A model generated the notes under the pieces. That model ran no database searches. It worked only from the letters and a program-made list of their open reading frames with translations, and was not told where the DNA came from. Made by a program: the position numbers and the translations under genes. DNA of 64,000 nucleotides from Timonella sp. GTDB taxonomy: Bacteria > Actinomycetota > Actinomycetes > Actinomycetales > Cellulomonadaceae. Below are positions 17,167 to 30,680 of the stretch, one piece after another. Location of the stretch: positions 34,014 to 98,013 of the forward strand of contig DALZEF010000006.1 in assembly GCA_031979385.1 (NCBI GenBank), in the 5' to 3' direction. Numbering within the stretch: position 1 is the first letter of the stretch; each line of letters starts with the position of its first letter.

Positions 17167-18345
17167 CTACCCGAAATTCTGGCCTTCGCCCCGGTAGGTG
17201 AGCGACTCGTCGACAATGTGGGAGCCATCGAGCAGATAGGTGGTATTGAAGCGTTCCATCTGTTCACCGGCCTTGGCGTGGCGGAACCACACGCGATCTC
17301 CCACCGCAGGGCGTCTACCTCCACGCGTCACGCGCAATGGCGTCTGCACCTCCCCCACCCCTTCGGCGCCGATGAATCTAAACCCCGACTCCACCGCCAC
17401 CGGATGGCGCGAAATACGCGGAGGACCGGATGCAACGTAGCCGCCCGCGAAGGCGGTGAAGAATCCCGCACCGGGATGACGTACAACGTCGAGTCCAAAG
17501 TAAGCGGAAGGGCGCAGGCCGAGACCACGATATCCGTCAAAGAGCGCAGGCGCATAGAACCCAGAACCGGCTGTTACCTCGGTGACTTCACCGGCCCGTT
17601 CGTAGTCACCAACTGAACCCGTGCCACCGGCATTCACCACACGCACATCGTCCACGCGCAACTCAAGTGCAGCCACGATCTCAGCCCGACGCTCTGCGAG
17701 TTCCACGCGTGAAATCTTCTTCATGGTGCGCACGGCCCACGAGTTGTCCGGCATCCCGGCGATCTGGGCATCGTAGAACATGGCCCCAACCACACGTACG
17801 TGCTCATACGAAGCCACGGCACCGAGCAAGGAAACCGCGTCCTGCACGGTATGCACAGGCGAACGGCGAACGCCCAGGTGCAGTGGGATTCCCAGGTTCC
17901 GTCCGATCCGCAACGATGCATCCACGTCGAACGCCACCTGCACGGGAGACACCGGACGTGCGGCCGAGATCAGTTCCACGTGTTCAACGCAGTCCACGAT
18001 CAGCACGATCTCCGCGAGCGCCCGCTCATCCTGGGCGAGAGCAGCCAAGGCGCTGCGGTCAACGGTCGGATAGGCAACGAGGATATCCGTGTATCCGTGT
18101 CCTACCAGCCATAGAGCTTCACGCAATGAGTAGCACATGAGACCTTGATAACCGGGAGTCTCCAGAGCCCGGTCGATAAGGGTGCGGTTTCGCAGGGATT
18201 TTGTGGCAACGCGGATGGGCTTTCCGTGGGTCCGGGTTGCCATGTGTCGGGCGTTCGCATCAAATGCAGCAAGATCGAGCACTGAGATCGGTGCCGGTAA
18301 GTGCGTTGTCGCTGCACTGAGGGTCTGCGAGAGGTGTGGTGCCAT
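17167..18345 (-). CDS. PLP-dependent alanine-racemase-fold enzyme (amino-acid deaminase/aldolase, DSD1-like)
   Basis: The N-terminal TIM-barrel region has a candidate PLP-binding lysine in IRVATKSLR. The length and C-terminal beta domain fit the D-serine dehydratase / D-threonine aldolase-like family. I chose the start at the ATG at 18345. Confidence 0.6.
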   Translation of the reverse strand: MAPHLSQTLSAATTHLPAPISVLDLAAFDANARHMATRTHGKPIRVATKSLRNRTLIDRALETPGYQGLMCYSLREALWLVGHGYTDILVAYPTVDRSALAALAQDERALAEIVLIVDCVEHVELISAARPVSPVQVAFDVDASLRIGRNLGIPLHLGVRRSPVHTVQDAVSLLGAVASYEHVRVVGAMFYDAQIAGMPDNSWAVRTMKKISRVELAERRAEIVAALELRVDDVRVVNAGGTGSVGDYERAGEVTEVTAGSGFYAPALFDGYRGLGLRPSAYFGLDVVRHPGAGFFTAFAGGYVASGPPRISRHPVAVESGFRFIGAEGVGEVQTPLRVTRGGRRPAVGDRVWFRHAKAGEQMERFNTTYLLDGSHIVDESLTYRGEGQNFG

Positions 18346-18440
18346 GTCGTTAACGGTTGCACGGCTGCGGGTCAAACGCAAGATATAACAGTCGTGGACG
18401 CACGCCACGGTCAGCGGGTTTAGCACTAGACTCATCAGGT

Positions 18441-19856
18441 ATGGGAAGCTTCCGATTCCGCAGCGCTGCAGAACCCTCACACCCGCGTGCACGCGACGAC
18501 CGCTGGACTAACTCGTGGACTAATTGGGCAGGTAATGTGACCAGCCGTCCCCACGCGACGGAGACTCCCCGGGACCCTATGGCGTTGACGCGGATCGTTG
18601 ACCGGGCGGTTGCCTCCGGAGACACGATTCGGGTGGTGGGAGCAGGGCATTCGTTCACGCCAGCCGCCGCGACGAACGGCGTCCAAGTGAGTTTGGATCG
18701 GCTCGATCAGTTGGAGATAATCGCCCCGATCCCAGGCACAGATGGCGAATGCCTCGTGACGGTTGGCGCAGGAATCCGCCTTCATGCTCTGAACGAGTTG
18801 TTGGCTGAGCACGGTCTTGCAATGCCCAATCTCGGGGATATCGACCAGCAGTCGCTCGCCGGTGCACTGTCCACGGGCACCCACGGTACAGGGGCCGCAC
18901 TGCCTGGTCTGGCGGCGCAGGTGCGAGGGATGCGTATCCTGCTGGCAAGCGGCAGCGTTATCGAGGTATCCCAAGACCAGCACCCGGAGGTTTTTCAGGC
19001 AGCCCGCGTGAGCGTGGGTGCGCTCGGCATTCTCCTTGCGGTGACGATCCGCTGCGTGCCAGCCTTCCTGCTGCATGCTCGCGAGACCCCGATGCAGTTC
19101 GACGAGGTCATGGAGGGCCTCGACGAGTTCGCGGACACCAATGATCACTTCGAGTTCTACTGGTTCCCCGGCACTCATGGCACGCTCACCAAGTTCAACA
19201 ACCGAGTTCCTGAAGGAACTCCCACCACGGTGGATTCCTTGAAGCCTGCTGCGGCCGCCGCTTATTCGGCTCGTTCCTGGTGGGACGATGAACTGCTCTC
19301 GAATGGGCTGTTCCAGTTCACCAATTCCCTGTCGGCTCGGGTGCCGCAACTCACCGGTCCACTCAATGTTGTCGCGTCCAAGGCGCTGTCCCCTCGCGAG
19401 TATGTTGCCCCGTCGCATGAGGTGTTCGTGTCTCCACGGCGCGTCCGCTTCATCGAAATGGAGTACGCGGTTCCGAGGACTGCACTCAGCGATGTACTCC
19501 AGGAACTCACTACGGTGGCCAACCGCCGCGATCTGGCCATCCAGTTCCCTGTTGAGGTGCGCTTCGCTGCGGCTGACGATGTGTGGCTCTCCACGGCCCA
19601 CGAACGCGACAGTGCGTACATCGCCGTGCACCAGTATCAACACAGCCCATACCGCGAATACTTCGATGCGGCTGAGGCGATCTTCCGTGCGGCCGGGGGC
19701 CGCCCGCACTGGGGCAAGATGCACTCACTGACGCGCACGGAACTGACCGATCTCTATCCACGGTTCGAGGCGTTCTGCACGATCCGTGAGAAGCTCGACC
19801 CACGCGGCCTGTTCGCTAACTTCTACACCAACCAGGTGTTTGGCAAACTCACCTGA
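18441..19856 (+). CDS. FAD-linked oxidoreductase, D-arabinono-1,4-lactone / L-gulonolactone oxidase family
   Basis: WTNWAGNV, VVGAGHSFT (PCMH-type FAD-binding domain) and the C-terminal ALO-domain motif GGRPHWGK. I chose the start at the ATG at 18441. Confidence 0.8.
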   Translation: MGSFRFRSAAEPSHPRARDDRWTNSWTNWAGNVTSRPHATETPRDPMALTRIVDRAVASGDTIRVVGAGHSFTPAAATNGVQVSLDRLDQLEIIAPIPGTDGECLVTVGAGIRLHALNELLAEHGLAMPNLGDIDQQSLAGALSTGTHGTGAALPGLAAQVRGMRILLASGSVIEVSQDQHPEVFQAARVSVGALGILLAVTIRCVPAFLLHARETPMQFDEVMEGLDEFADTNDHFEFYWFPGTHGTLTKFNNRVPEGTPTTVDSLKPAAAAAYSARSWWDDELLSNGLFQFTNSLSARVPQLTGPLNVVASKALSPREYVAPSHEVFVSPRRVRFIEMEYAVPRTALSDVLQELTTVANRRDLAIQFPVEVRFAAADDVWLSTAHERDSAYIAVHQYQHSPYREYFDAAEAIFRAAGGRPHWGKMHSLTRTELTDLYPRFEAFCTIREKLDPRGLFANFYTNQVFGKLT

Positions 19857-19889
19857 GTCGCCTACACCACCGCCACGAAAGCACCACCC

Positions 19890-20450
19890 ATGCCACGAGT
19901 CGGGCTCACCCGCGAGAAACTCATCGCCACGGCAACAGCGATCGCCGATGAACACGGCCTCGCTGCCGTGACCATGCATGCCCTCGCACGCCAATACGGG
20001 GTGGCGGCTCCCAGCATGTACAAGCACGTGCGTAATCTCGAGGACCTGCACAGCGCCATCGCTGCGGAAGGCTTGGTCCTGTTCGAACGGTCGCTGCGCG
20101 CCTCGGACGGTTCGGTGACAGGGCTTGCCCGCGCGTATCGCGCATTCGCGAGCAATCACCCCGGCCTGTACGACGCGTCTCAAAGCCCTGCACTCACCGC
20201 GCAGGGTCAGGGTCAAGAAATCTCCCGACGAGTCGTCTCGTTCATCGCGTCGGTCCTGCCCGAGAATTTGAGTCCCGACGATACGGTCGATTCAGTCCGC
20301 ATCATCCGTTCCGCTCTGCACGGGTTTGTCACGCTTGAGCGTGACGGAGGTTTTGGTCAGTCTGCAAGCGCGGACCGGACGTTTGAGGAACTGTGCACGG
20401 TGCTCACCATGATCGTTTCCATGCGGGCTGTCGCCAAGCGACAAACCTAA
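19890..20450 (+). CDS. TetR/AcrR family transcriptional regulator
   Basis: N-terminal helix-turn-helix (LAAVTMHALARQYGVAAPSMYKHV). The length is 186 aa. Confidence 0.8.
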   Translation: MPRVGLTREKLIATATAIADEHGLAAVTMHALARQYGVAAPSMYKHVRNLEDLHSAIAAEGLVLFERSLRASDGSVTGLARAYRAFASNHPGLYDASQSPALTAQGQGQEISRRVVSFIASVLPENLSPDDTVDSVRIIRSALHGFVTLERDGGFGQSASADRTFEELCTVLTMIVSMRAVAKRQT

Positions 20451-20458
20451 GTTTGAGG

Positions 20459-20947
20459 TCAACGCTCAACAGGTATCACCAAGGCCGTCGCAATCGCGGC
20501 AAGCCCTTCGCCCCGACCAGCGAACCCAAGAGTATCCGTGGTTGTTGCCGAGATACGTACCGTGGCTCCGGCCGCCTGTGACATTCGCTCCTGCATGAGT
20601 TCCCGGTGCGGACCGACCTTGGGCCGGTTACCAATCGCCTGAACTGCCACGTTCCCGATCTCAAAACCGGCGGCACGGACTCGACGGGCTGCCTCGGCGA
20701 GCAAAACTGAACCAGCAGCGCCAACCCACTGCGGTTCACTCGTGCCAAAGTTCGAGCCCAAGTCCCCCAAGCCAGCAGCAGAAAACAGAGCATCTGCGGC
20801 AGCGTGGGCAATCACATCAGCATCCGAGTGTCCCTCCAGTGGACGTTCGTTGGGGAAGAGTACTCCCCCGAGCCACATCTCGCGTGTTGACCCTTCCTCG
20901 GCAAAAGCATGTACATCCGAGCCGATGCCCACCAGCGGCAGTTTCAT
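20459..20947 (-). CDS. ispF: 2-C-methyl-D-erythritol 2,4-cyclodiphosphate synthase
   Basis: GIGSDVHAF and GHSDADV motifs. It overlaps ispD by 4 nt. Confidence 0.95.
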   Translation of the reverse strand: MKLPLVGIGSDVHAFAEEGSTREMWLGGVLFPNERPLEGHSDADVIAHAAADALFSAAGLGDLGSNFGTSEPQWVGAAGSVLLAEAARRVRAAGFEIGNVAVQAIGNRPKVGPHRELMQERMSQAAGATVRISATTTDTLGFAGRGEGLAAIATALVIPVER

Positions 20948-21765
20948 ACGTTTTCCTCCCTAAGCTCCGTGCCTGCTAGGTGTAGCGCTTGCGCGTACAG
21001 CACCCGAGCAACAGTTAAATCAGTGGGAGTCGTAATCTTCAACGCCAACTCATCACCGCTCACGCAGTCCACTTCGTGACCAGCCCACTGCGCAATCGTT
21101 GAGTCATCCGTCGCAGCCGTTGTCTCATCCAAGCCGCGATCAGCAAAATCAACGTGCGCCTGCCACAATACCTGCCACGGGAAACCCTGCGGGGTCTGAA
21201 CACTACGCATCACTGAGCGATCAGCCGACCCCACGATCCGTTCCCGCCCGGTCGCTTCCGGTTCAGCATTGACATCCACCAGCTTTAACGTGTCCGACAC
21301 CGGCAGTGCGGGAATCACCGCAGCGCTACCCGCAACGACCCCACCAACAACACGATCCATCATCGCCGGACCGGCCAGCGCACGCGCGGCATCATGCACA
21401 AGAACAGTATCGTTCGGTTCGACCCCGAATCCCGCTGCTTCCAAGGCTCGCAGCCCTGCAAACACCGAAGCCTGCCGGGTACCCGCTCCAGGGACCACCT
21501 CAACCGGAACAGCCACGCCCAACTGTGCGACCGTTGCCGAAAAAACATCCACTTGGTCTGCAGGAGCGGTCACCACAACGTGCGCAATCCCAGAGACACC
21601 AGCCACCTGACGTAAGGCAACAACAAAAAGCGAAGAATCGTCGCCAATCAATCCATCGGTAGACAGGGGAACGAGCGCCTTCGGTGCGCCATACCCAAGC
21701 CGCGAACCCGAACCCGCCGCAGTGATCACCACGCCAACCCGTGCGGCAGAAACCAAACTAGTCAC
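20944..21765 (-). CDS. ispD: 2-C-methyl-D-erythritol 4-phosphate cytidylyltransferase
   Basis: AAGSGSRLG motif. Its position between carD and ispF is conserved. The start is GTG. Confidence 0.9.
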   Translation of the reverse strand: MTSLVSAARVGVVITAAGSGSRLGYGAPKALVPLSTDGLIGDDSSLFVVALRQVAGVSGIAHVVVTAPADQVDVFSATVAQLGVAVPVEVVPGAGTRQASVFAGLRALEAAGFGVEPNDTVLVHDAARALAGPAMMDRVVGGVVAGSAAVIPALPVSDTLKLVDVNAEPEATGRERIVGSADRSVMRSVQTPQGFPWQVLWQAHVDFADRGLDETTAATDDSTIAQWAGHEVDCVSGDELALKITTPTDLTVARVLYAQALHLAGTELREENV

Positions 21766-21800
21766 CAGCCAAGCCTACTTGCCCACCGACACAACAACGA

Positions 21801-21831
21801 AGGCGGCGGTGTGAAAACCACACCGCCGCCT
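21801..21831 (-). terminator. terminator hairpin downstream of the galactanase gene
   Basis: The 13-bp stem pairs AGGCGGCGGTGTG with CACACCGCCGCCT around a 5-nt loop. A T-rich run follows on the minus strand. Confidence 0.65.
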
Positions 21832-21885
21832 CACCGTAGCCGACCATCAATGCGCATCAGTGTGGCCGCAACTACCTCCTCGCGG

Positions 21886-25136
<3,251 letters not shown>

Positions 25137-25184
25137 TTAGATTTATCAGCAGCGCACTTCCCGTGACTCAGTCATAGACGACGA

Positions 25185-25239
25185 AGGCCCGGGTGGCGGC
25201 CGAGAAATCTGTTCCATTTCTCGGCCACCACCCGGGCCT
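25185..25239 (-). terminator. long terminator hairpin after the 594-aa orphan gene
   Basis: The 24-bp stem pairs AGGCCCGGGTGGCGGCCGAGAAAT with ATTTCTCGGCCACCACCCGGGCCT around a 7-nt loop. The single non-Watson-Crick position is a G-U pair on the minus-strand RNA. Confidence 0.7.
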
Positions 25240-25252
25240 ATCACCAGAGGCG

Positions 25253-27037
25253 TCAGCTAGTCTTGATCCGCACTTTGGGCGTCTTCAAGACAGTGGTTGC
25301 ATGCCCTAACCTGCGCAACAGGACACGAGCCCATATCTTCTCGTCCACGTCGGCCAGGCCAACAGCATAGGACATCGCACGCTCGCCGCGGATCATTTCC
25401 TTGCCCCGCATCCACTGCACCTCAATGGAGTCCGGCGCAGGGTAAACAAAGTCATGATCAAGAAGGATCTTCAGGATCTCGCCCGCACGCGGCTTACCCT
25501 TGATCCGCAATTCCTCACCCAGGTATTCGGGGGCATCGCCAAGCCCCACAACGCCGAGTGATGCATCAAGGGTTGTCGTCATCGCGTTGGCACCACTCGC
25601 CTCGATGAATACGCTCAGTTCACGGCCGCGCATCGCGGGAGTAACCTCGATACGGGATTGAGTTTCCCCAGGAATCTCCTGACCGTTGAGGCACCACTGG
25701 TACGACAGTGTCTGTGCGGCGGGTTCGAAGTCCTTCCGCTTGACCTTCACCCAGGCTTCCTCACCCACCCGTGGCGTAGCCACGCGAACAGCTATTCCGT
25801 CACGCAGCGAGTAGGCAGCCCCGCTTCCGATCCAGCCAGCGTTCACTGCGAACACTGCGTCCTCGGCTCCTTCCCGGTGCGCGGTAACACGAGCGGTCAA
25901 CGAGTTTCCGCCACTGCCCTGGGGAGGGGTGAATACAGCGGTGAAGAATGGCTGCGTGGCATCCACGAATACCTTGCGTGGTTCGAACGTGGTGCTTCCT
26001 CCTCGTCCGAGATCAACAGCCTCGGGCGCATCACCGTCTGACGCCGCAAAAGCACCAGCATCCTTGATGCGTACCGCCGCTTTCCCGACTTCATGGTCCA
26101 CGCTCTCCAAGACCTCGCCAGCACCCCCGGGAAGCACCTCGCCGCCTAGCAACTCGGCAAAGATGCGCGGCAGCCCTTCAAGATCCTCTACGCTTGCGAG
26201 CAGGTCAAATCGTTCCATCGGCGAAAGAACGTCGCCTTCGCTCCTGACGACAGCGCTGCGCGATGCCCCGACTCGGGTCACATCCAAGTTGGTGTCGAGT
26301 ATCTGCGGCAGGATACCGGTTTCAGCAGCGACCTCATCCCCGCCGATCAGCCACGCAACGTCGATTGAGTCAACGGCGGGGCTGAACGCGGCACTGTCCA
26401 CGTAGAGGTAGGCGGGCGAGAACTCACGCACACCCGAATCAGGGGCGCCCTGCTCGCCGAGCGCGTCACCGGTGAGGGTAACGTAAGAACGGTCAATCTC
26501 GGGCGCGGAAGCCAGCACAACAGGACCGCACTCAATGGTCACTTCGAGTGGTCGCATATCAGCACCCTCGAAGGTGGCGGTGGCCGTGAGGGTCTTACCT
26601 AAATCTTCAGGGCGTACATGATAGGTGGGCCCCTCATAGCCGTTTGACCACACGACTTTAAGATCTCCGGCAATTGGCGAGACTGATCGTTCGGTTAGGC
26701 TCAACCGGATCTCCTGCCCGACAAGAACCTCACGTGCCGGCCCCGCCACGGACACAGCAGCCGGTTCGACAGCTGACGTATTCCTAGCGAAACGGGCAAC
26801 GCCGTCCGAATCAAACTCGACGATGTTTTTGAGGTCAACCATGAGGCTGAATACGCCCTGACCACCCTCTTGCATGGAGTTGAAAAGGGTGTCAGATTCA
26901 TAACCATCAAACTGCGCGGTCACGATCAATTCTCCAAGTTGCGTAAAGCGCCTGCCCCAAGGCGCAGTTCGGGACGGAAACACGGGCACCGCGGCCACGG
27001 AATCATTCAGCGATACCCTGCCACGTTTGGCAGCCAC
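25253..27037 (-). CDS. hypothetical protein with degenerate Ig-like repeats and no signal peptide
   Basis: A 594-codon ORF in a high-GC context has no competing long ORF. At least four W-centred repeat modules are present (see findings). The start is uncertain. Confidence 0.6.
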   Translation of the reverse strand: MAAKRGRVSLNDSVAAVPVFPSRTAPWGRRFTQLGELIVTAQFDGYESDTLFNSMQEGGQGVFSLMVDLKNIVEFDSDGVARFARNTSAVEPAAVSVAGPAREVLVGQEIRLSLTERSVSPIAGDLKVVWSNGYEGPTYHVRPEDLGKTLTATATFEGADMRPLEVTIECGPVVLASAPEIDRSYVTLTGDALGEQGAPDSGVREFSPAYLYVDSAAFSPAVDSIDVAWLIGGDEVAAETGILPQILDTNLDVTRVGASRSAVVRSEGDVLSPMERFDLLASVEDLEGLPRIFAELLGGEVLPGGAGEVLESVDHEVGKAAVRIKDAGAFAASDGDAPEAVDLGRGGSTTFEPRKVFVDATQPFFTAVFTPPQGSGGNSLTARVTAHREGAEDAVFAVNAGWIGSGAAYSLRDGIAVRVATPRVGEEAWVKVKRKDFEPAAQTLSYQWCLNGQEIPGETQSRIEVTPAMRGRELSVFIEASGANAMTTTLDASLGVVGLGDAPEYLGEELRIKGKPRAGEILKILLDHDFVYPAPDSIEVQWMRGKEMIRGERAMSYAVGLADVDEKIWARVLLRRLGHATTVLKTPKVRIKTS

Positions 27038-27125
27038 TAAGACAACACAAGCCGCCCGTTTCGTATTCCGAGCATAATGCAGAATACCGATGCCGAGCGG
27101 CTTGTGTGGTGAACTAGATTAACTG

Positions 27126-27608
27126 TTAACTTGCAAGAACTTCATCCAGGAGTTCAGCGGCCTTGTCCTCTTCGGTGTGCTCGGCGAGCGCGAGTTCCGA
27201 AACGAGGATTTGACGGGCCCGGGCGAGCATTCGCTTCTCTCCAGCGGACAGACCGCGATCGGTGTCCCGGCGCGATAGGTCGCGCACGACCTCTGCAACC
27301 TTGATGACGTCTCCGGAAGCGATCTTCTCGACATTGGCTTTATAGCGGCGCGACCAGTTGGTTGGCTCCTCGGTGTATGGCGCGCGAAGCACCTCGAACA
27401 CCTCGTCCAAACCTTCCTTACCAACCACATCGCGCACACCTACCAGGTCTACGTTATCTGCCGGAACTTCGATGGTCAGGTCGCCCTGCGCTACTCGTAG
27501 TTTCAAATACGTTTTATCTACGCCTCGGATGGTTCGCGTCTTGATCTCTTCGATTAGAGCGGCTCCGTGGTGTGGGTAGACGACGGTCTCCCCTACTGTG
27601 AACGACAT
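27126..27608 (-). CDS. carD: CarD family RNA-polymerase-binding transcriptional regulator
   Basis: [22 protein letters not shown]... is the classic CarD N-terminus. The ATG at 27608 has a GAAAGGGGA Shine-Dalgarno. Confidence 0.95.
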   Translation of the reverse strand: MSFTVGETVVYPHHGAALIEEIKTRTIRGVDKTYLKLRVAQGDLTIEVPADNVDLVGVRDVVGKEGLDEVFEVLRAPYTEEPTNWSRRYKANVEKIASGDVIKVAEVVRDLSRRDTDRGLSAGEKRMLARARQILVSELALAEHTEEDKAAELLDEVLAS

Positions 27609-27974
27609 CAGTGGTTGTCCCCTTTCGCGGATACCCATTCTATCACGCAGGGGGCAAAAATTGGGCGCATAATCTTTCATACTGTCCGGATGCTAGTCAA
27701 GTACTTAAGGCTTCGTGTCGGTAACGTGTTGCACTTCATAGGATTCTCATCAGGTGGAAACCTCTGTTTTTGGTCCGTACAGCTAGAATTGGTGTGGCAT
27801 GTCTGCTGATGTTTCATTACGGCCGCACCGACTAAGTGCAGTGATCCCAACGCACCACCACCCCTGCCCGCAGGGTTGTGATCCGCGTGAGATACGGCCC
27901 TTGGGATTCCTCAGCGAAATTCGACCTTTCCCGCGATCGCCCTAGCGATCTACACTCGCGCACCTGGAGTTTTC

Positions 27975-28460
27975 ATGTTCAACCCCGCTTCCCGTCCACT
28001 TCGCGTTGTCGCAGGTGCGGCACTTGCTGGCGGTCTCGTGCTGGGCGCTACCGCTTGCGCCCCATCGACCACGGACCTGTACTACGCAGCTTCGGACGGC
28101 ACCCGCGTAACACTTGACGAAGGCACGGTTGAGGTCATCAACCTGATGATCCTCACCTCCGGCGAGGGCGGCACCGCTCACGTACACGGTGCGATCAAGA
28201 ACCACACGACCGGCGACAACGTGGCCACACTCGTGTCTGAGGATGGCGCCTTAAACCTCCAGGTTGAGTTGTCCTCACAGCAGACGGTAAACCTCAGCAA
28301 CGACGATGTTGCGGGCACCGAGATCGCCGGCTTCCCAGCGAAGCCTGGTTCAACCCTTGACGTTCAACTTTCGGATGCTGCGGGCAATGCGAAGGTCGTC
28401 CACGTTCCGGTTCTCGACGGCACACTTCCTGAATACCAGGATCACGCTCCAACCGAGTAA
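27975..28460 (+). CDS. hypothetical lipoprotein
   Basis: Signal peptide plus lipobox (LVLGATAC). The length is 161 aa and I cannot assign a family with confidence. Confidence 0.6.
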   Translation: MFNPASRPLRVVAGAALAGGLVLGATACAPSTTDLYYAASDGTRVTLDEGTVEVINLMILTSGEGGTAHVHGAIKNHTTGDNVATLVSEDGALNLQVELSSQQTVNLSNDDVAGTEIAGFPAKPGSTLDVQLSDAAGNAKVVHVPVLDGTLPEYQDHAPTE

Positions 28461-28478
28461 AGCCCTCTCGCTCAACTA

Positions 28479-28513
28479 GGCCGTGCCCCTCAGATGAGGG
28501 GCACGGCCTTTTT
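28479..28513 (+). terminator. rho-independent terminator
   Basis: The 13-bp stem pairs GGCCGTGCCCCTC with GAGGGGCACGGCC around a 4-nt loop and is followed by TTTTT. Confidence 0.85.
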
Positions 28514-28656
28514 GCGTCTGGATCACCTGCGTCCAGATTGCCGACGAGAGACTCAGTTAACCGCTCGCCTCACGCCCCAGCAGCGCTGGATCGCAAGGAC
28601 ACAAGGTGCCTGGCCGACTCGTCGCCAATCCCCTGTGAGAGTTACCCAATGCAGAA

Positions 28657-28699
28657 GAGAGCCGAGGTAGGCCCCGACACGGTACCTACCTCGGCTCTC
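28657..28699 (-). terminator. terminator hairpin downstream of pstB
   Basis: The 15-bp stem pairs GAGAGCCGAGGTAGG with CCTACCTCGGCTCTC. It lies 22 nt after the pstB stop. Confidence 0.65.
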
Positions 28700-28720
28700 T
28701 TTGTGAACGTCGCTTTGGCC

Positions 28721-29500
28721 CTACCCAAAGCGACCCGAGATGTAGTCCTCAGTCGCCTGCACGCGAGGAGAGGAGAACATCGCGGAAGTATCATCGATCT
28801 CGATCAGCTTGCCCGGCTTGCCGGTGCCTGCGATGTTGAAGAATGCGGTGCGGTCAGACACACGGGCTGCCTGCTGCATGTTGTGGGTCACGATCACGAT
28901 GGTGTACTGCGACTTCAGCTCGTGCATGAGGTCCTCGATGGCGAGCGTCGAGATCGGGTCGAGCGCGGAGCATGGTTCGTCCATGAGCAGCACGTCGGGC
29001 TTCACGGCAATCGCACGTGCGATGCACAGACGCTGCTGCTGTCCACCGGACAGCGACGAGCCCGGCCGGTCGAGACGATCCTTGACCTCGTTCCACAGGT
29101 TTGCACCGCGCAGCGACTGCTCAACGATGCCCTCGGCATCCGATTTGGAGATCTTCTTGGAGTTCAGGCGCACGCCGGCAAGAACGTTCTCCGAAATCGA
29201 CATGGTCGGGAACGGGTTCGGACGCTGGAACACCATACCGACGTGGCGGCGGACCAAAACCGGGTCGACGCTTGCGCCGTACAGGTCTTCGCCGTCGAGC
29301 AGCGCTTTGCCTTCGACGCGTGCGCCCGGGATGACCTCGTGCATGCGGTTCAAGGTGCGCAGGAAGGTCGACTTACCGCAACCGGACGGGCCGATGAGAG
29401 CGGTGATGGAACGAGGTTCGACCTGCATGTTCACGTCTTCCACGGCGAGGAAGTCCCCGTAGTAAACGTTGAGGTTCTGTACGTCAATTCGCTTGGACAT
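28721..29500 (-). CDS. pstB: phosphate ABC transporter ATP-binding protein
   Basis: [17 protein letters not shown]..., [24 protein letters not shown] chose the start at the ATG at 29500. Confidence 0.95.
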   Translation of the reverse strand: MSKRIDVQNLNVYYGDFLAVEDVNMQVEPRSITALIGPSGCGKSTFLRTLNRMHEVIPGARVEGKALLDGEDLYGASVDPVLVRRHVGMVFQRPNPFPTMSISENVLAGVRLNSKKISKSDAEGIVEQSLRGANLWNEVKDRLDRPGSSLSGGQQQRLCIARAIAVKPDVLLMDEPCSALDPISTLAIEDLMHELKSQYTIVIVTHNMQQAARVSDRTAFFNIAGTGKPGKLIEIDDTSAMFSSPRVQATEDYISGRFG

Positions 29501-29618
29501 GATGTGCCTTTTCTGTGTCGGCCTGTCTGGCCGAACCGTGTCGGGTTGGGCGGTGTAGGGCTTGGGGTGCGATCGCCGGCGGGCTGTCAGCACTCCGTGA
29601 TCAAACGGTCGGGATGGG

Positions 29619-30680
29619 TTAACGGTCGAGTTTCGGTGCGAAGTACTTCGAGACCAGTCGAGCCAGGATGTTCAGGAGCATCACGACAACGATCAATACG
29701 AGTGCGGCACCCCATGCTCGTTCAACCCCGATTCCACCCTGTTGATACTGGCGGTAGGCGAACACTGGAAGTGTCGCCATGCGGCCTTCGAATACGTTGA
29801 AGTTCGCATCGGCTGCGATTCCGATGGTCAGGAGCAGGGGTGCGGTTTCACCGATGACACGGGCGACCGCGAGCATCACACCTGTCACGATGCCACCGAT
29901 CGCGGTGCGAAGCACCACCTTGAAGATCGTACGGGCCTTGGTGACTCCAAGCGCATAGGAGGCTTCACGCAGCTCATTGGGAACCAGACGGAGCATTTCC
30001 TCGACGGAGCGGATGACCACCGGGGTCATGAGCACCGCGAGCGCTGCAGCACCCATGATTCCGGCACGGTATGCAGGACCGAACAGGAGCGTGAAGAGCG
30101 TGAAGGCGAACAGACCCGCAACAATTGATGGGATACCGGTCATGACGTCCACGAAGAACGTGACGCCGCGGGCCAGTGGTCCACGGCCATACTCCACGAG
30201 GTAGATCGCAGTGAGGATGCCGATTGGGACCGAGATGATGGTGGCGGTGAGGGTCACCATGATGGTTCCCCAGATCGCGTGGTAGATGCCGCCCTCGGTC
30301 ATTTCCCCGAAGACTCCCACCATGTTGGTGTTGAGGAACTGGAAGTCGACAACGCTCAGGCCTTTGGCCAGCACGGTTCCGAGGAGGGAGACGAGCGGGA
30401 TAAGGGCGAGTCCGAACGCAACGACGACGAGGGTTGTGGCAAACCGGTCCGTTGCGTAGCGTGATCCTTCAATCCTGCGGGACAAGATCGTGATCGACAG
30501 TGCGTAAAGCACCACGGTCAGCGACACGATGGTCGCAATCGACGCGGAATCGGCGAGGAACAGGATTCCGGCGGCAACGGCGGCGGAGCCGCCAAGGATT
30601 GCCCAAGGAGCCCACTTTGGTAGGCGCGGGGTCGAGCTCAGAACGCCGGGCGCGATGTTAGAAGCGGTAAGGGTCGCCAT
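29619..30680 (-). CDS. pstA: phosphate ABC transporter permease PstA
   Basis: Multi-TM permease with an EAA-like loop ([22 protein letters not shown]), positioned between pstC and pstB. Confidence 0.9.
   Translation of the reverse strand: MATLTASNIAPGVLSSTPRLPKWAPWAILGGSAAVAAGILFLADSASIATIVSLTVVLYALSITILSRRIEGSRYATDRFATTLVVVAFGLALIPLVSLLGTVLAKGLSVVDFQFLNTNMVGVFGEMTEGGIYHAIWGTIMVTLTATIISVPIGILTAIYLVEYGRGPLARGVTFFVDVMTGIPSIVAGLFAFTLFTLLFGPAYRAGIMGAAALAVLMTPVVIRSVEEMLRLVPNELREASYALGVTKARTIFKVVLRTAIGGIVTGVMLAVARVIGETAPLLLTIGIAADANFNVFEGRMATLPVFAYRQYQQGGIGVERAWGAALVLIVVVMLLNILARLVSKYFAPKLDR

Noticed and set aside
16938-17324. 128-aa minus-strand ORF between the small lipoprotein gene and the PLP-enzyme gene
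   Set aside because: It overlaps the 3-prime end of the PLP-enzyme gene and reads through the 69-nt palindromic element. The translation is low-complexity.
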